A stretch of 32,000 bases of DNA, from contig OZ245049.1 of assembly GCA_965224465.1 (NCBI GenBank), positions 4,470,001 through 4,502,000 on the forward strand, in the 5' to 3' direction. The DNA comes from Flavobacteriaceae bacterium (lineage in GTDB: Bacteria; Bacteroidota; Bacteroidia; Flavobacteriales; Flavobacteriaceae). Positions 15,884 through 25,965 of the stretch are shown one piece after another. A program made the translations under genes and the position numbers. Numbering within the stretch: the first letter of the stretch is position 1; each line of letters starts with the position of its first letter. The notes below the pieces were generated by a model. It did no database searches and had not been told where the DNA came from. It saw only the letters and a program-made list of their open reading frames with translations.

Positions 15884-16214
15884 ATATTCATCTGATTATT
15901 CATAAGGATTGTAAAACCCTGAACCTTTAGATGTAGTACAATCTATAGTTATACTCCCGTCTTTAGATTGCACTAGACCACAACCTTCACAGTTTTTACA
16001 TTCCTGTCTTTTTCTACCCAACTCATTTTTTCTTTTTTTCATCATTTTTTATCTTTACAATTAAATATTGCTTTCAATAGAAGCAACATTTAAGAATAGG
16101 ACATTTATTTAAAAATGGTTGGATTGGGTTTTTATCGGAAAAAATATTTTTGTTTTCACATACGTATTTCCATAAACTCATCTGATAAAATAAGAGTATC
16201 AATTACAGGAGTTA

Positions 16215-16325
16215 TATCTAGACGAAAAATGGATGGATAGCTTAGCTATCGTTCTGTTTTTCAACAACGCTAGCACGTAAAAAAAACCTATTTATATCGG
16301 TGATTTTGGATTGTAATTGGTATCA
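16215..16325 (+). repeat. Intergenic repeat family, copy 2
   Basis: tatctagacgaaaaatggatggatagc-tta-gctatcgttctgtttttcaacaacgctag...ttttggattgtaattggtatca. The stem is identical to copy 1 and the loop differs. Confidence 0.85.
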
Positions 16326-16371
16326 TATAGACCTAGATAAGGTTACTGAGAAATGACTGTGAGAAAACATA

Positions 16372-16407
16372 GGGTTGGTCTTGTATTGAAACTGTATTTT
16401 CCAACCC
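16372..16407 (-). terminator. Candidate intrinsic terminator of the ABC/TonB operon
   Basis: A 7-bp GC-rich stem GGGTTGG/CCAACCC lies 32 nt downstream of the stop at 16439, and on the - strand it is followed by tatgttttctc. The 22-nt loop is unusually large. Confidence 0.3.
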
Positions 16408-16438
16408 GTTTTCTACGCTAAAAGAATAGACTTCTTTG

Positions 16439-18715
16439 TTAATTCCGATTTCTTCTAATAAGTAAAATAGATCCACCAAGCAGATATATTATTGCAAAAG
16501 GATATATAATCCAAAACTCCAATCCTTTTAATTCTTTAGCTGTGAGGCTTACAAAAACATCTCGTCCTTTTATACTAGTTATATCTAAAGGAGTTGTACC
16601 TCCAGAAAGCCAATGTAGTAAAGAGACGAAAAAAGTCTCATTATCTGAATTAAATCCTTCTCTATTTGTATTCAACTCTTTATTTGAAATAAAATCAGCG
16701 TTACTCACCACAACAATACGCTGTTTGTTTTCTTTATAATTACGTTCCATACCTAAAGCAGGCGTATAATTTTTCCACGTTTTAATTCTTTTTGTTATAT
16801 CGTAACTTAGGTTTTTGTTATCGATGGATATACATTTATTATCATAAGTTGTAAGTAATGGAAAGGATTCAAAACTAGTTCCAAGATTGTATGTTAGTGA
16901 TTTTGCTTCTGGGAGTATAACACATTGCCCCGCAACCCCCATCTTACTAGTAGACGAAACTTGACTGGTTGCAATACAAGGGATCACTTTCGTATCTATT
17001 ATTTTCTGTGGAAATAGGATCATTTCCGGCTTAGTCTCAATTCCCACTAAATCCAATAAACGATCTTGCCTACTACTATTTTTATCTCCTAGAAAAAACA
17101 TACAGTTCTTCCCATCGTTTATATAATCTTTAATAAGGTTGTAGCTCTGTTCCGAAAATTTAGACGAAACAAAATCACTTACAAATACGATATCAATATC
17201 CTTGGGAATACATACGAGGCTGTCCAAGTTCAATTTTGTTACATTAAACCCTTGATTAATCGCAGCATACCGATTCCCTTTTTGAACTAACACCGATCCG
17301 TAACCAATTTCTTGAGAAACAGAAAGAGTCCTGTCTGTAGAAGATGTAACAAACCCAATATTGGTTTTATCTTCTAATAATGCTTTAAAAGCTAATGAGA
17401 TTTCATTTTCTTTTGGATGCATCATCATATCGTCATAAATTCTCAATACGGAAGTTTTTCTTCCTGATTCAGTCTCAAGAATTCTAAAAATAGAATTATT
17501 TTCTAATTCAAAATTCACATTATTTATCTTCCAAAAAGGTTTTAAGTCAGAATATTCCATTCTATAGGATTCACAAAAGACCCTTGCAATACTAGAAGTA
17601 GGCATTCGATTGGGCGAATTATAGTCTGAGTTTCTTAGAGGTTCTGCTTCATAATAAACATAATTCATTAAAATATCAGGTTTAAAACGAAGGTGTTTTC
17701 TAAATCTCTTCTTATCTGTATTTATCTCAGAAGGAACTGCAACCCAATTTAAATAATCTGCCATATTTACATATGTTGTAATTTGTACAGGTTCATCTAT
17801 CTTGTTTAAGATAGCTACACTTTGTTTTGAGAGCGTATTCTGTTTGTTTGCTGTAGCATCATAACATTTTATAAAATAAGGTATTTCAATAATCTTTAAT
17901 ACTAAGATCACCCCTGCAACAAAACTCAAATACATTACAAATCTAGATGAGATTTTTGGTTGCTTTTGTACATTATAAAGCTGTAAGAAAGCCAAACACA
18001 GAAAAGAAAATGACACTAAAATAAAGTATAAAATATCATTAGAACAGATTAATCCATCTATAATACTATCTGTTCTGTCAACAACTGCCAAATTAAAAGC
18101 AATATCTCTAAAATAAACTGAATATTTTCCAATATCACCAATTTCTCTAAATAGATATAAAATAGCTAATGTAACAACAGCGCTTAAAACACTGTAACGT
18201 GTCATAGAAGAAACAAACAGCCCTACAGAAGCATACAAAACAAATAAGATAAAAAGTCCTAACACCCCCGAGGCTAAGAGACCTAAATCAAGATGAGGAA
18301 TTTTAAGCATTGCTGTTATAAAAACAGGAAAAAGGGCAAGAAGTAAGACAGCAAAGAAAGAAAGTAAACTAAAGAACTTACCTATTATAATATCTCTCAG
18401 TTTTATAGGAGATGAAAATAATACTTTATAAGTCCCTTGACTATACTCTTTACTAAATATCCCCATTGTAATAAGAGGAACATATAAAAATAGCACTTGT
18501 ATTAATTGATTAAAAAGCCCTTGAGAAGAACTGAATATACTATACGTAATATCCATAGCGCCTCCAAACAATTCTTGCTGAGAGACCGTTTCTTTCAATA
18601 ATTCCGTGAATATATAACCACTATGTACAGAAAATATAGCAACTATAACCCAAGGAATTGGGGAGAAATATAAACTCTTTAATTCTAATTTTAATATTGA
18701 AAAAATGATTCGCAT
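16439..18715 (-). CDS. Fused ABC-2 type permease (GldF-like) + GldG-like auxiliary domain
   Basis: 758 aa. The N-terminal ~250 aa are polytopic and hydrophobic (ABC-2 permease-like). A large soluble domain follows, and the protein ends with a C-terminal TM anchor (IIYPFAIIYLLGGSILLIRRNRN). Lies 3 bp after the ATPase gene. Confidence 0.65.
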   Translation of the reverse strand: MRIIFSILKLELKSLYFSPIPWVIVAIFSVHSGYIFTELLKETVSQQELFGGAMDITYSIFSSSQGLFNQLIQVLFLYVPLITMGIFSKEYSQGTYKVLFSSPIKLRDIIIGKFFSLLSFFAVLLLALFPVFITAMLKIPHLDLGLLASGVLGLFILFVLYASVGLFVSSMTRYSVLSAVVTLAILYLFREIGDIGKYSVYFRDIAFNLAVVDRTDSIIDGLICSNDILYFILVSFSFLCLAFLQLYNVQKQPKISSRFVMYLSFVAGVILVLKIIEIPYFIKCYDATANKQNTLSKQSVAILNKIDEPVQITTYVNMADYLNWVAVPSEINTDKKRFRKHLRFKPDILMNYVYYEAEPLRNSDYNSPNRMPTSSIARVFCESYRMEYSDLKPFWKINNVNFELENNSIFRILETESGRKTSVLRIYDDMMMHPKENEISLAFKALLEDKTNIGFVTSSTDRTLSVSQEIGYGSVLVQKGNRYAAINQGFNVTKLNLDSLVCIPKDIDIVFVSDFVSSKFSEQSYNLIKDYINDGKNCMFFLGDKNSSRQDRLLDLVGIETKPEMILFPQKIIDTKVIPCIATSQVSSTSKMGVAGQCVILPEAKSLTYNLGTSFESFPLLTTYDNKCISIDNKNLSYDITKRIKTWKNYTPALGMERNYKENKQRIVVVSNADFISNKELNTNREGFNSDNETFFVSLLHWLSGGTTPLDITSIKGRDVFVSLTAKELKGLEFWIIYPFAIIYLLGGSILLIRRNRN

Positions 18716-18718
18716 TAT

Positions 18719-19636
18719 TTATTTTATATTAACTAAAGAATGATATACATCCTCAATTGATGGTGTAATTGGATATATCGCATAAATCTTAATTTTATGT
18801 TCAAAAAGCAGTGTCATCACACGTGTAACATCACCTCCAAGCTGCTCAAAGATTAAAAGTTGATCTGTTGATTTTTTTTGCACCGTAAATTCATTTGTTT
18901 GCAAAATTTCTAAAGCCCTCCCAATATTTTCTTTTATAGTCACTATAATTTGATTGTTAGGTAGCATATTTCTAAAATCCTCAAGACTTTTATCAATAAT
19001 TAATTTCCCTTGCTCCAAAACAATTATACGGTCACTAATTTTCTCTATTTCAGAAATTATGTGCGTAGAAAGCAATATCAGAGTATCCTTTGCTATAAAA
19101 TTCACCAATTGTCGCAACTCTATAATTTGCTTAGGATCTAATCCATTAGTGGGCTCATCTAAAATTATAATAGGAGGGGAATGTATTATAGCTTGAGCAA
19201 TACCAACTCTCTGCTGATATCCCCCTGAAAGGTTTTTTATTAACCTATTCTTAAAATGTGTCAAACCACATTTTTCCATAACTTCAGCTACAGCATTTGA
19301 CACTAAGCTCTTTTCTATATTCTTAAAATCTGCTATATGTGTAAGGAACTCCCTTATTGTTAATTCAGGATACAAAGGAGGTTGTTGAGGTAAAAAACCA
19401 ATATTACTTAAGTAACTTATTCTGTTTTTAGCGATGGAACAGTTATTAATTGAAATTTCTCCCTCTTTGGGATGCAACAGACCACAGATTAAGTTCATTA
19501 AAGTTGATTTTCCTGCTCCATTTGCCCCTATCAATCCAACAACACCAGTCGTATCAATAGAAAAACTGACATCGTTTAATGCTTTCTGCTTTCCGTTATA
19601 AGAGTAAGAAACATTTTTTATTTCAAGTAAACTCAT
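18719..19636 (-). CDS. ABC transporter ATP-binding protein (GldA-like)
   Basis: Walker A GANGAGKST, signature LSGGYQQR, Walker B IILDEPTNGLD. Confidence 0.92.
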   Translation of the reverse strand: MSLLEIKNVSYSYNGKQKALNDVSFSIDTTGVVGLIGANGAGKSTLMNLICGLLHPKEGEISINNCSIAKNRISYLSNIGFLPQQPPLYPELTIREFLTHIADFKNIEKSLVSNAVAEVMEKCGLTHFKNRLIKNLSGGYQQRVGIAQAIIHSPPIIILDEPTNGLDPKQIIELRQLVNFIAKDTLILLSTHIISEIEKISDRIIVLEQGKLIIDKSLEDFRNMLPNNQIIVTIKENIGRALEILQTNEFTVQKKSTDQLLIFEQLGGDVTRVMTLLFEHKIKIYAIYPITPSIEDVYHSLVNIK

Positions 19637-19638
19637 CC

Positions 19639-20547
19639 TTACAAATAACTTTTAGGTATGTCGTTATCAATTACAATATTGTAATCCCCTTTGGAAAAAT
19701 CTAACGCTTCTCCTTCAACTGCATACTGGACACTAATTACTTTTGTTACCAACGTAGGGTTGTATAATTTTAAGTAATAATTTATTCCTGATCTGTATGC
19801 GCTATGAAAATCACCATTAATATGAAAAAAAAGTTGCCCTTCTTTATGTAATTTAGAAATCCAATAAGCCATAGTTGCATCTTTTAGAGCTTGTGCTTTT
19901 ATAAGGTTTTCTACAGAGCTTTTTTTCATCGAATGCATTCCCTCCATTTTCAACATATTTAAAAAATCCACATAACTTTTTTCAGTAAAATTGAATGCAA
20001 TAGGAAGAGGAGGCAGATAACGCTTAGCTTCATCAGACAGCTTATCTAAAACAGCATCTCCTTGTTCTGAGACCAAATTAGCATAGCGACGAGGGACATT
20101 GGTACAATAAAATGGAATTTCATTCTCGTAGCAAATTTTTAGTAATATTTGATAGTCTGTTTCAAAATTTTGCCACTGCTTAGAACTACGCTTATAACTA
20201 TCAATATCAATGAGTTTTTCTTTTATATATTCATCTGTGATGGACTGCTGATCTCTCTCCCACATTTCTCCTCCAAAGACCAACTTACCAGGGTTTGTTT
20301 TATTAAAACCTTCCAATAACTTTATCTCCAACCAGTGAGCAATAGGATCGTTATGAAACTCTCCCATTAGGCAAACATCAGCTTTGGATAGTTCTTTTAA
20401 CATTGATGAAAATGAAACAGGCTTCCCTGTACTATCATAAATGGTGTGTGTGACAAGTCTATTCTTATTCCCTGAGTACTGACCAATAGCATACATGATA
20501 GCAGCAGAAAAAAACAGTAAAAACAGTACTAAAATCTTTTTTTTCAT
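19639..20547 (-). CDS. ChaN-like (haem-binding uptake, Tiki superfamily) secreted protein
   Basis: Signal-like N-terminus MKKKILVLFLLFFSAAIMYA. ADVCLMGEFHNDPIAHWLE matches the ChaN/Cofac_haem_bdg GE.H motif region. Confidence 0.6.
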   Translation of the reverse strand: MKKKILVLFLLFFSAAIMYAIGQYSGNKNRLVTHTIYDSTGKPVSFSSMLKELSKADVCLMGEFHNDPIAHWLEIKLLEGFNKTNPGKLVFGGEMWERDQQSITDEYIKEKLIDIDSYKRSSKQWQNFETDYQILLKICYENEIPFYCTNVPRRYANLVSEQGDAVLDKLSDEAKRYLPPLPIAFNFTEKSYVDFLNMLKMEGMHSMKKSSVENLIKAQALKDATMAYWISKLHKEGQLFFHINGDFHSAYRSGINYYLKLYNPTLVTKVISVQYAVEGEALDFSKGDYNIVIDNDIPKSYL

Positions 20548-20571
20548 TTTTAATATATTTATAATATAATG

Positions 20572-22068
20572 TTAATAATTAAGTCTCATACCAATAACAG
20601 ATTCATAGAAATACGTATTTTTATAAAAATTGTCACTCCTATTTTTTACATAACGAGAATTGAGAAAAATATGTAGATTTTTTTTTCTAGTTGGACAAAA
20701 ATCAATATTTACGACACCTCCTAATGTTTCAGAAGTCCAATAATCATTAAGCCTATTTCCAATCAATTCCATAAAATTATTAGAAACGGAGGCATGCTCC
20801 TCCTTTTCAATATTTAATAATCTCGAGATCTCACATCCAAGGGTCAGTATTGGTTTCAAACGACTCCTAGGAATTAGACAAAACGAAGTATTTATAGTAG
20901 TATGTAGTTTATTGTACGCAAGTTTATTTCCGTAATTCTTATCACGAATACTTCGAATCAACATAGAAGTTTTTATCTCAGCCCTCCTTAGAAAACCCGT
21001 TTTCTTCTCGTAATTCAAAGAATAATCCATCGTCATTTTCTTATTCCAATAAGCTTGTAGATAATTTATTCTGTTATTCTCTTGCCAATATGAATCTCCT
21101 TTTGAAAAAACCACCCCAAAAAAAGAAGAAAGCATTCCACTGCTAAGTTTTATTTTTGTCAAATAATCTGCACTGAAAGTTATTTGTTCATACTTATATG
21201 GCTTATTAAACTTCAGAACATCCTTTATTAACTTATTTTCCCATACACAAGAAGAGAAAGCACCTTTCAAATGCATTTGATGTTCAAATTTATCAGTTGA
21301 ATTTGAAACAAAAAAGACAGCACTTGGCTCAAATGTTTTTACATCAAAAGAGTAGCCAGGCTTTTCATCAACGGTTCCAAAACCAATACTCATATAGTGT
21401 TTGTAAGTAGTATCATCATAGCCATGTTGGTAAATAGACGAAAGAGTTGGTTTGGTTTTTTTCCAATCAACAAGAATATCTAAGCCTACTGTCCAAGTAT
21501 CATTCAACTCTTTTCCTAAACTCAATCCAGTTTTAATCTTTAATAAGTTTTGGGTGTTTCTCAAATCTGTTTTTCTATAAAACGATCCTCCTTCATAGTC
21601 AAATATTAGCCCTAAATACATGCTTTTATTGAAAATATTCCTTGAAGCGACTGTACTGAAAATATAGGAGATAACTTGTGATGAAGTGCTCTTGTTTTGG
21701 AATAAAAATATAGGTGAAAATTCAGAATGAAAAGCAGACAAAATAGCGTTTGACTTATCAGAGAATAGGTTTTCATAATGAAATGAACCATACAAGTTCC
21801 ATTTAGAAACTTTCAGGAAAGAGGAGGTAGTAAATGTACCCCCTTTAATCCCGCTAACTGAAATAGGGGAGAATAAATCTCCCCTTTGCACTTTATAACT
21901 TAATGCAACTGAAGTTGTATCTGGCTGGGGGTTTTTCTTCAAAAGGAAAGCATTCTGTTCCGTTTGAGCATAAAAAGCATCCACAACTTTCGCACGCCCT
22001 ACTAAAGATTGACTAAAAGCAGAAAAAACAGTAAAAAGGAGCGCAACAATTACAGTAAGTTTTGTCAT
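20572..22068 (-). CDS. Outer-membrane beta-barrel protein of unknown function (possibly DUF6850-like)
   Basis: Signal peptide MTKLTVIVALLFTVFSAFSQS, alternating beta-strand-like composition rich in aromatics, and a C-terminal ...GMRLNY ending in an aromatic residue. Confidence 0.5.
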   Translation of the reverse strand: MTKLTVIVALLFTVFSAFSQSLVGRAKVVDAFYAQTEQNAFLLKKNPQPDTTSVALSYKVQRGDLFSPISVSGIKGGTFTTSSFLKVSKWNLYGSFHYENLFSDKSNAILSAFHSEFSPIFLFQNKSTSSQVISYIFSTVASRNIFNKSMYLGLIFDYEGGSFYRKTDLRNTQNLLKIKTGLSLGKELNDTWTVGLDILVDWKKTKPTLSSIYQHGYDDTTYKHYMSIGFGTVDEKPGYSFDVKTFEPSAVFFVSNSTDKFEHQMHLKGAFSSCVWENKLIKDVLKFNKPYKYEQITFSADYLTKIKLSSGMLSSFFGVVFSKGDSYWQENNRINYLQAYWNKKMTMDYSLNYEKKTGFLRRAEIKTSMLIRSIRDKNYGNKLAYNKLHTTINTSFCLIPRSRLKPILTLGCEISRLLNIEKEEHASVSNNFMELIGNRLNDYWTSETLGGVVNIDFCPTRKKNLHIFLNSRYVKNRSDNFYKNTYFYESVIGMRLNY

Positions 22069-22072
22069 GTTA

Positions 22073-23317
22073 TTAAATTTTCGGTTTTACTACATCTAAA
22101 TCTACCGAAGAATTATTGGTGTCTTTATACACAGTAAAACCTAATTTACTAGTCAATTCCTCATCCTTTTTTCTATGTACTCCTTTACCTGTCAAAGAAC
22201 CATCACCTTCAGCAAACAAATAATAAAAACCATTATCTATTGACTTTGGAAGACGCTTGTGATCTTGAGCTGTTGCATTACCAAGACAATCAATTCCATC
22301 AATTATAGTCTTTACGTCAATCCCTATTAATTTTACACTTCCAGAACTAGTTCCATCATCTTCTATAAAATCAATAACATCCGAATCAGAAAAGGTTTTA
22401 TCCGTTCTAAAAATAACAGCACTCGTACCTGACTGATCCCAATAGCATGCGTCAGAACTTAGGAAGTGTATTTTCAAGTTCGGAACATCAGGATTATTTT
22501 GATCGAAATAAAAACCAAATCCTCCTCTTGCTTCTAAGTAGTCTGTAGCATAAGTTTCTAAGTCAGCGTTAGAAAGGTCTATAATTGTATATTTATCTAC
22601 CGAAGCATCAATTTCTTTAGTGAAATCTATCGCATTAAAAGCTATTGTAATACTTTTTCCTGATGCTACAGGATATTCTTCCCCTGAGCCAGGAATCTGA
22701 ATAATCCAATTTGCATATACTTTTTTTGTTATATCATATTGTTCTGAAACAATAAATGATTTTCTCGATTCAGAGTAAGCGGATGTTCCATGTAAATTAG
22801 CAACATATAAGCCATCTGCATAAATAGTCTCAGAAGAATTATTGTGTATTTGTATAAATTGATCTTTAAACAGTATGGAGTAATTAGGTTCATTACTACC
22901 TGAATAATAGAGTTGCTTGATAACAAGTCCTGCATTAGCAACACCTAATTTTAGTTGCAATTCCTTTTTAGTAATTTGATTGCTTGTTACAAGAACTCCT
23001 GCTAGGTTTCCTGTTACATTAATTCCTTCTATTTTTTCATCAACTATAATGTTATATGTTCCTTCAGGAACACTACTTATTTGTACGAGTCCAGAAGCAC
23101 TAACAGAAGCCTCTATTTCATTTTTATTTGTAACATTAAGTATTTTAGCCTTAAGATCTGCTAAGTTAACTTTTGCTCCCTTTGGCAATATAAGTTGCAG
23201 TTCTAATTGTCCTAAGTTATCGTCATCATCCTCCTCACAAGAAGTGAAGAATAGGCAACTTGTCATAACTAAACAAACTACTACTAATTTTTGAATAATA
23301 CTTTGTGAATTTCTCAT
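22073..23317 (-). CDS. Surface lipoprotein with Ig-like/CarboxypepD_reg-like and lamin-tail-like regions (possibly DUF4876-like)
   Basis: Lipoprotein signal ...LFFTSC followed by EEDDDD. GLVIKQLYYSGS...FKDQFIQIHNNSSETIYADGLYVANL resembles a lamin-tail domain. Its start overlaps the receptor gene stop by 4 bp (ATGA). Confidence 0.5.
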   Translation of the reverse strand: MRNSQSIIQKLVVVCLVMTSCLFFTSCEEDDDDNLGQLELQLILPKGAKVNLADLKAKILNVTNKNEIEASVSASGLVQISSVPEGTYNIIVDEKIEGINVTGNLAGVLVTSNQITKKELQLKLGVANAGLVIKQLYYSGSNEPNYSILFKDQFIQIHNNSSETIYADGLYVANLHGTSAYSESRKSFIVSEQYDITKKVYANWIIQIPGSGEEYPVASGKSITIAFNAIDFTKEIDASVDKYTIIDLSNADLETYATDYLEARGGFGFYFDQNNPDVPNLKIHFLSSDACYWDQSGTSAVIFRTDKTFSDSDVIDFIEDDGTSSGSVKLIGIDVKTIIDGIDCLGNATAQDHKRLPKSIDNGFYYLFAEGDGSLTGKGVHRKKDEELTSKLGFTVYKDTNNSSVDLDVVKPKI

Positions 23318-25965
23318 GATTTCTGTAAATTAATTGTTAAACTTAATCCAAAATAAATATCTGAATTTAAGGACCATCTCATTCCTTTATCTTCATAAGT
23401 TGGCGTATGCCATAGAAAATTATGAACATAAAATTGTAATGAACTTCCCTTATTAAATTCCTTTCTAGCCTGTAAGTGAAAATTTGGATAAAAAGGAGGT
23501 TTTATACTTCTAGTGTATTCTCTAGGAGAAAGAAATAAATCTTTATTTTCTATATTTCTACGTCCTTTCTTTGACAGGGAAGTATAGTTGTTCTCTCTTG
23601 TGTAATATCCTATAGGGAAAATAGAAGAAGACTTATAGTCGTAATAGTCAAATAAATTTAATTCTGTACGTAATGTAAATATTAACTTTAGGGCTGGAAT
23701 ATGCTGTATTACAGTGATGCTTCCAACACCTTTGTAGTGTTCTTTTATTGGATTTTCGTACACTCCAATTCTTGGCAAATTATCACCCAATGTATATTGG
23801 GAATTCACCATTCTAAATGCCTTATTTTTTTTCTTAGTGTTTAAGAGAGATAATTGAAAATCAAAAGAGGTTTGAGTCGCCTTTATTTTTTTGGAAGAGA
23901 ACACAAGTTCCACTCCTTTTGTATTCATTTCAATATCATTTTTCATCCTGTTAAATTGGAGCATTATTTTCTGCACTTGCCCTAAAACAGGTGCAACGTC
24001 GGGCATTCTATCTGGATATCTTTTTATAATTTTGTACGTTTGTTTTGAAAGAATTAAAAGTTCAGGAGAACTAATGATTCCTCCTTTTATTTTCTTTTCA
24101 AATACCGTTAATCTAAGTTTTCCGTATTTTTTCAGATTCAAATCAACTCCAAATTCTAAAGTCTCTCCTTTTATCGGCTCTAAATGATTATTATTTTGTT
24201 CTATTTTAGTCGTTGTTATTAATCCCATTCGTTCTTTTTTATTGTCAGAAAAGAAACTCATGTTTGTAAAATCTATGTAGGTAGGTCCTGGGTATAAATG
24301 TATCAAAGCAGGCGCTTTATAGGAAACGCCCCACGCTCCTCTCACCCTAAGCCAATCTGAAACCTGAGCATATGCCGAAAATCGAGGCGACCACAGATTA
24401 TACATTGTATTTATATTATCATAACGCAAACCAGAAGTTAATGCAATGTGTTGTTTGTTAGAAAAGTAATAACTGGTTTTGGCTTCGTAGTACGTTGATC
24501 ATATTTCCAGCGCTGGAATTTCTCTAAAACTTGCGGCTCTACTTCCTATTGCACCTGTAGCCCCAACAATAGATTTCCCTCCAATGCGCCCTTCTCCAAA
24601 ATTTTTATCAAATGAAAACTGAATACCACCTTTGTTTATCAAATGAAATTTCCCCCACTCCTTTCTATCAGAAAAATTAAGTTGACCTTGAAAATTTATG
24701 GGCATCCCAATAATTTCTTCTTTTAATCTGTATATAAATGGGCTGAAAGGGACTTTGTATGTTCCTGTTTCTAAACCTTCTAATAGGGGTAAAGGACCAT
24801 TGTTTTCTTTAGTGTCTCTATATGAATTTTGCTTCCTAATATCAGTTGAAAATGAATAGTCTAGCCTTACACCAAGATCTAAATTTCCTGCAACAGACAT
24901 ACTAATATTTTTAGTTGTAAACTTTTCATCATTCTTAAAAACATCCTCATCCTCAAAATCTTTACTGTTAAGTCCATAGCCTCCCTGTAGCGAAAGAGTG
25001 TTTACCCAATTAAATTTTGTAGATAAGGTTGTGTTCCAAAGCAATGTTCCCGAAAATGATTGATAATAATCCTTTTGTTGTGTAGGACTTAACGTAGCAT
25101 AGGTGCCAGAAAAACTATAAGACAACACCCCTCCATTAGGAAGTTCTAGCCCATGATGTACTGCCAACTGATAATTTGTTGCATTCAAAGAAGAGCTTAG
25201 CGAAAAGTCTTGAGGAGTAACCTTCCTTTTTATAAGCACCACCCCTGAAGCAATATTACCATATTTTACAGATGGAACTCCCGAAATAACCTCTATACTC
25301 TCTATACTTTCTGGAGTAATTGCTCTCAAATCAAATCCTCCTCCAACAGCAGACTTACCTCCAAAAATTCCTTGTGCTGGATTATATGCCTGCAAATTTG
25401 CATCATTAGAAAGACTTACTCCGTCAATTATTATCTTAGAAGTAAAAGCATCTATTTCTGTATTCTCTGTAGTTCTTGTAGTAAATTGCTGAACATTAGT
25501 CATACTAGGCGGGCTGATTACATGCCCCGGAAGAACAGAAAGAATATCTCCAAGACTCATAGCTTGCACCTGTTTTATTGCTTGATTACCAATTTTATAA
25601 GCAGAAGTGCCATTATCAGAACTCTTTAATTGTGCTGTAACTACAACCCCAGGTAACATCAAAGACTCTTCTTCTAAGAAAAACATTGAATGCTTATTAT
25701 TCAAAACAGCTATAACCTTAGTTCTATAACCCAATATAGAGAGCTCTAACTTACATGGATATGTTTTTACATCAAGAGTAAAGTTTCCATTACTATCTGT
25801 GGAGGTATATTTATTATTTGCCTTATTAATAACCAGAACAAAAGAGATTGGTTGATCTTGAGAATCAACAACCTTCCCCATCATCACATTCTCTTGTGCA
25901 TGCAATAGATTATTTGCACCTGCTACTACTAATAATATATAAATCCTCAATCTATTTACCATCAA
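23314..25965 (-). pseudogene. TonB-dependent receptor (883 codons) interrupted by a single in-frame TGA at 24499-24501
   Basis: The N-terminal ORF (24499..25965) has a signal peptide, a CarboxypepD_reg-like segment (GKVVDSQDQPISFVLV...TDSNGNFTL) and a plug (IESIEVISGVPSVKYGNIASGVVLIKRK). The barrel ORF (23314..24429) is in the same frame. The 23 intervening codons are open (STYYEAKTSYYFSNKQHIALTSG). Confidence 0.8.

Noticed and set aside
22729-23294. Track ORFs 22729..22944 (-) and 22980..23294 (+) within the lipoprotein gene
   Set aside because: They are nested in other frames of the 414-aa lipoprotein ORF, which has a lipobox signal and operon coupling. No independent support exists for them.
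24499-24501. TGA in the TonB receptor as selenocysteine or programmed recoding
   Set aside because: I saw no obvious stable stem-loop immediately downstream that would serve as a bacterial SECIS, and outer-membrane barrels are not known selenoproteins. A nonsense mutation or sequencing error is the simpler explanation.
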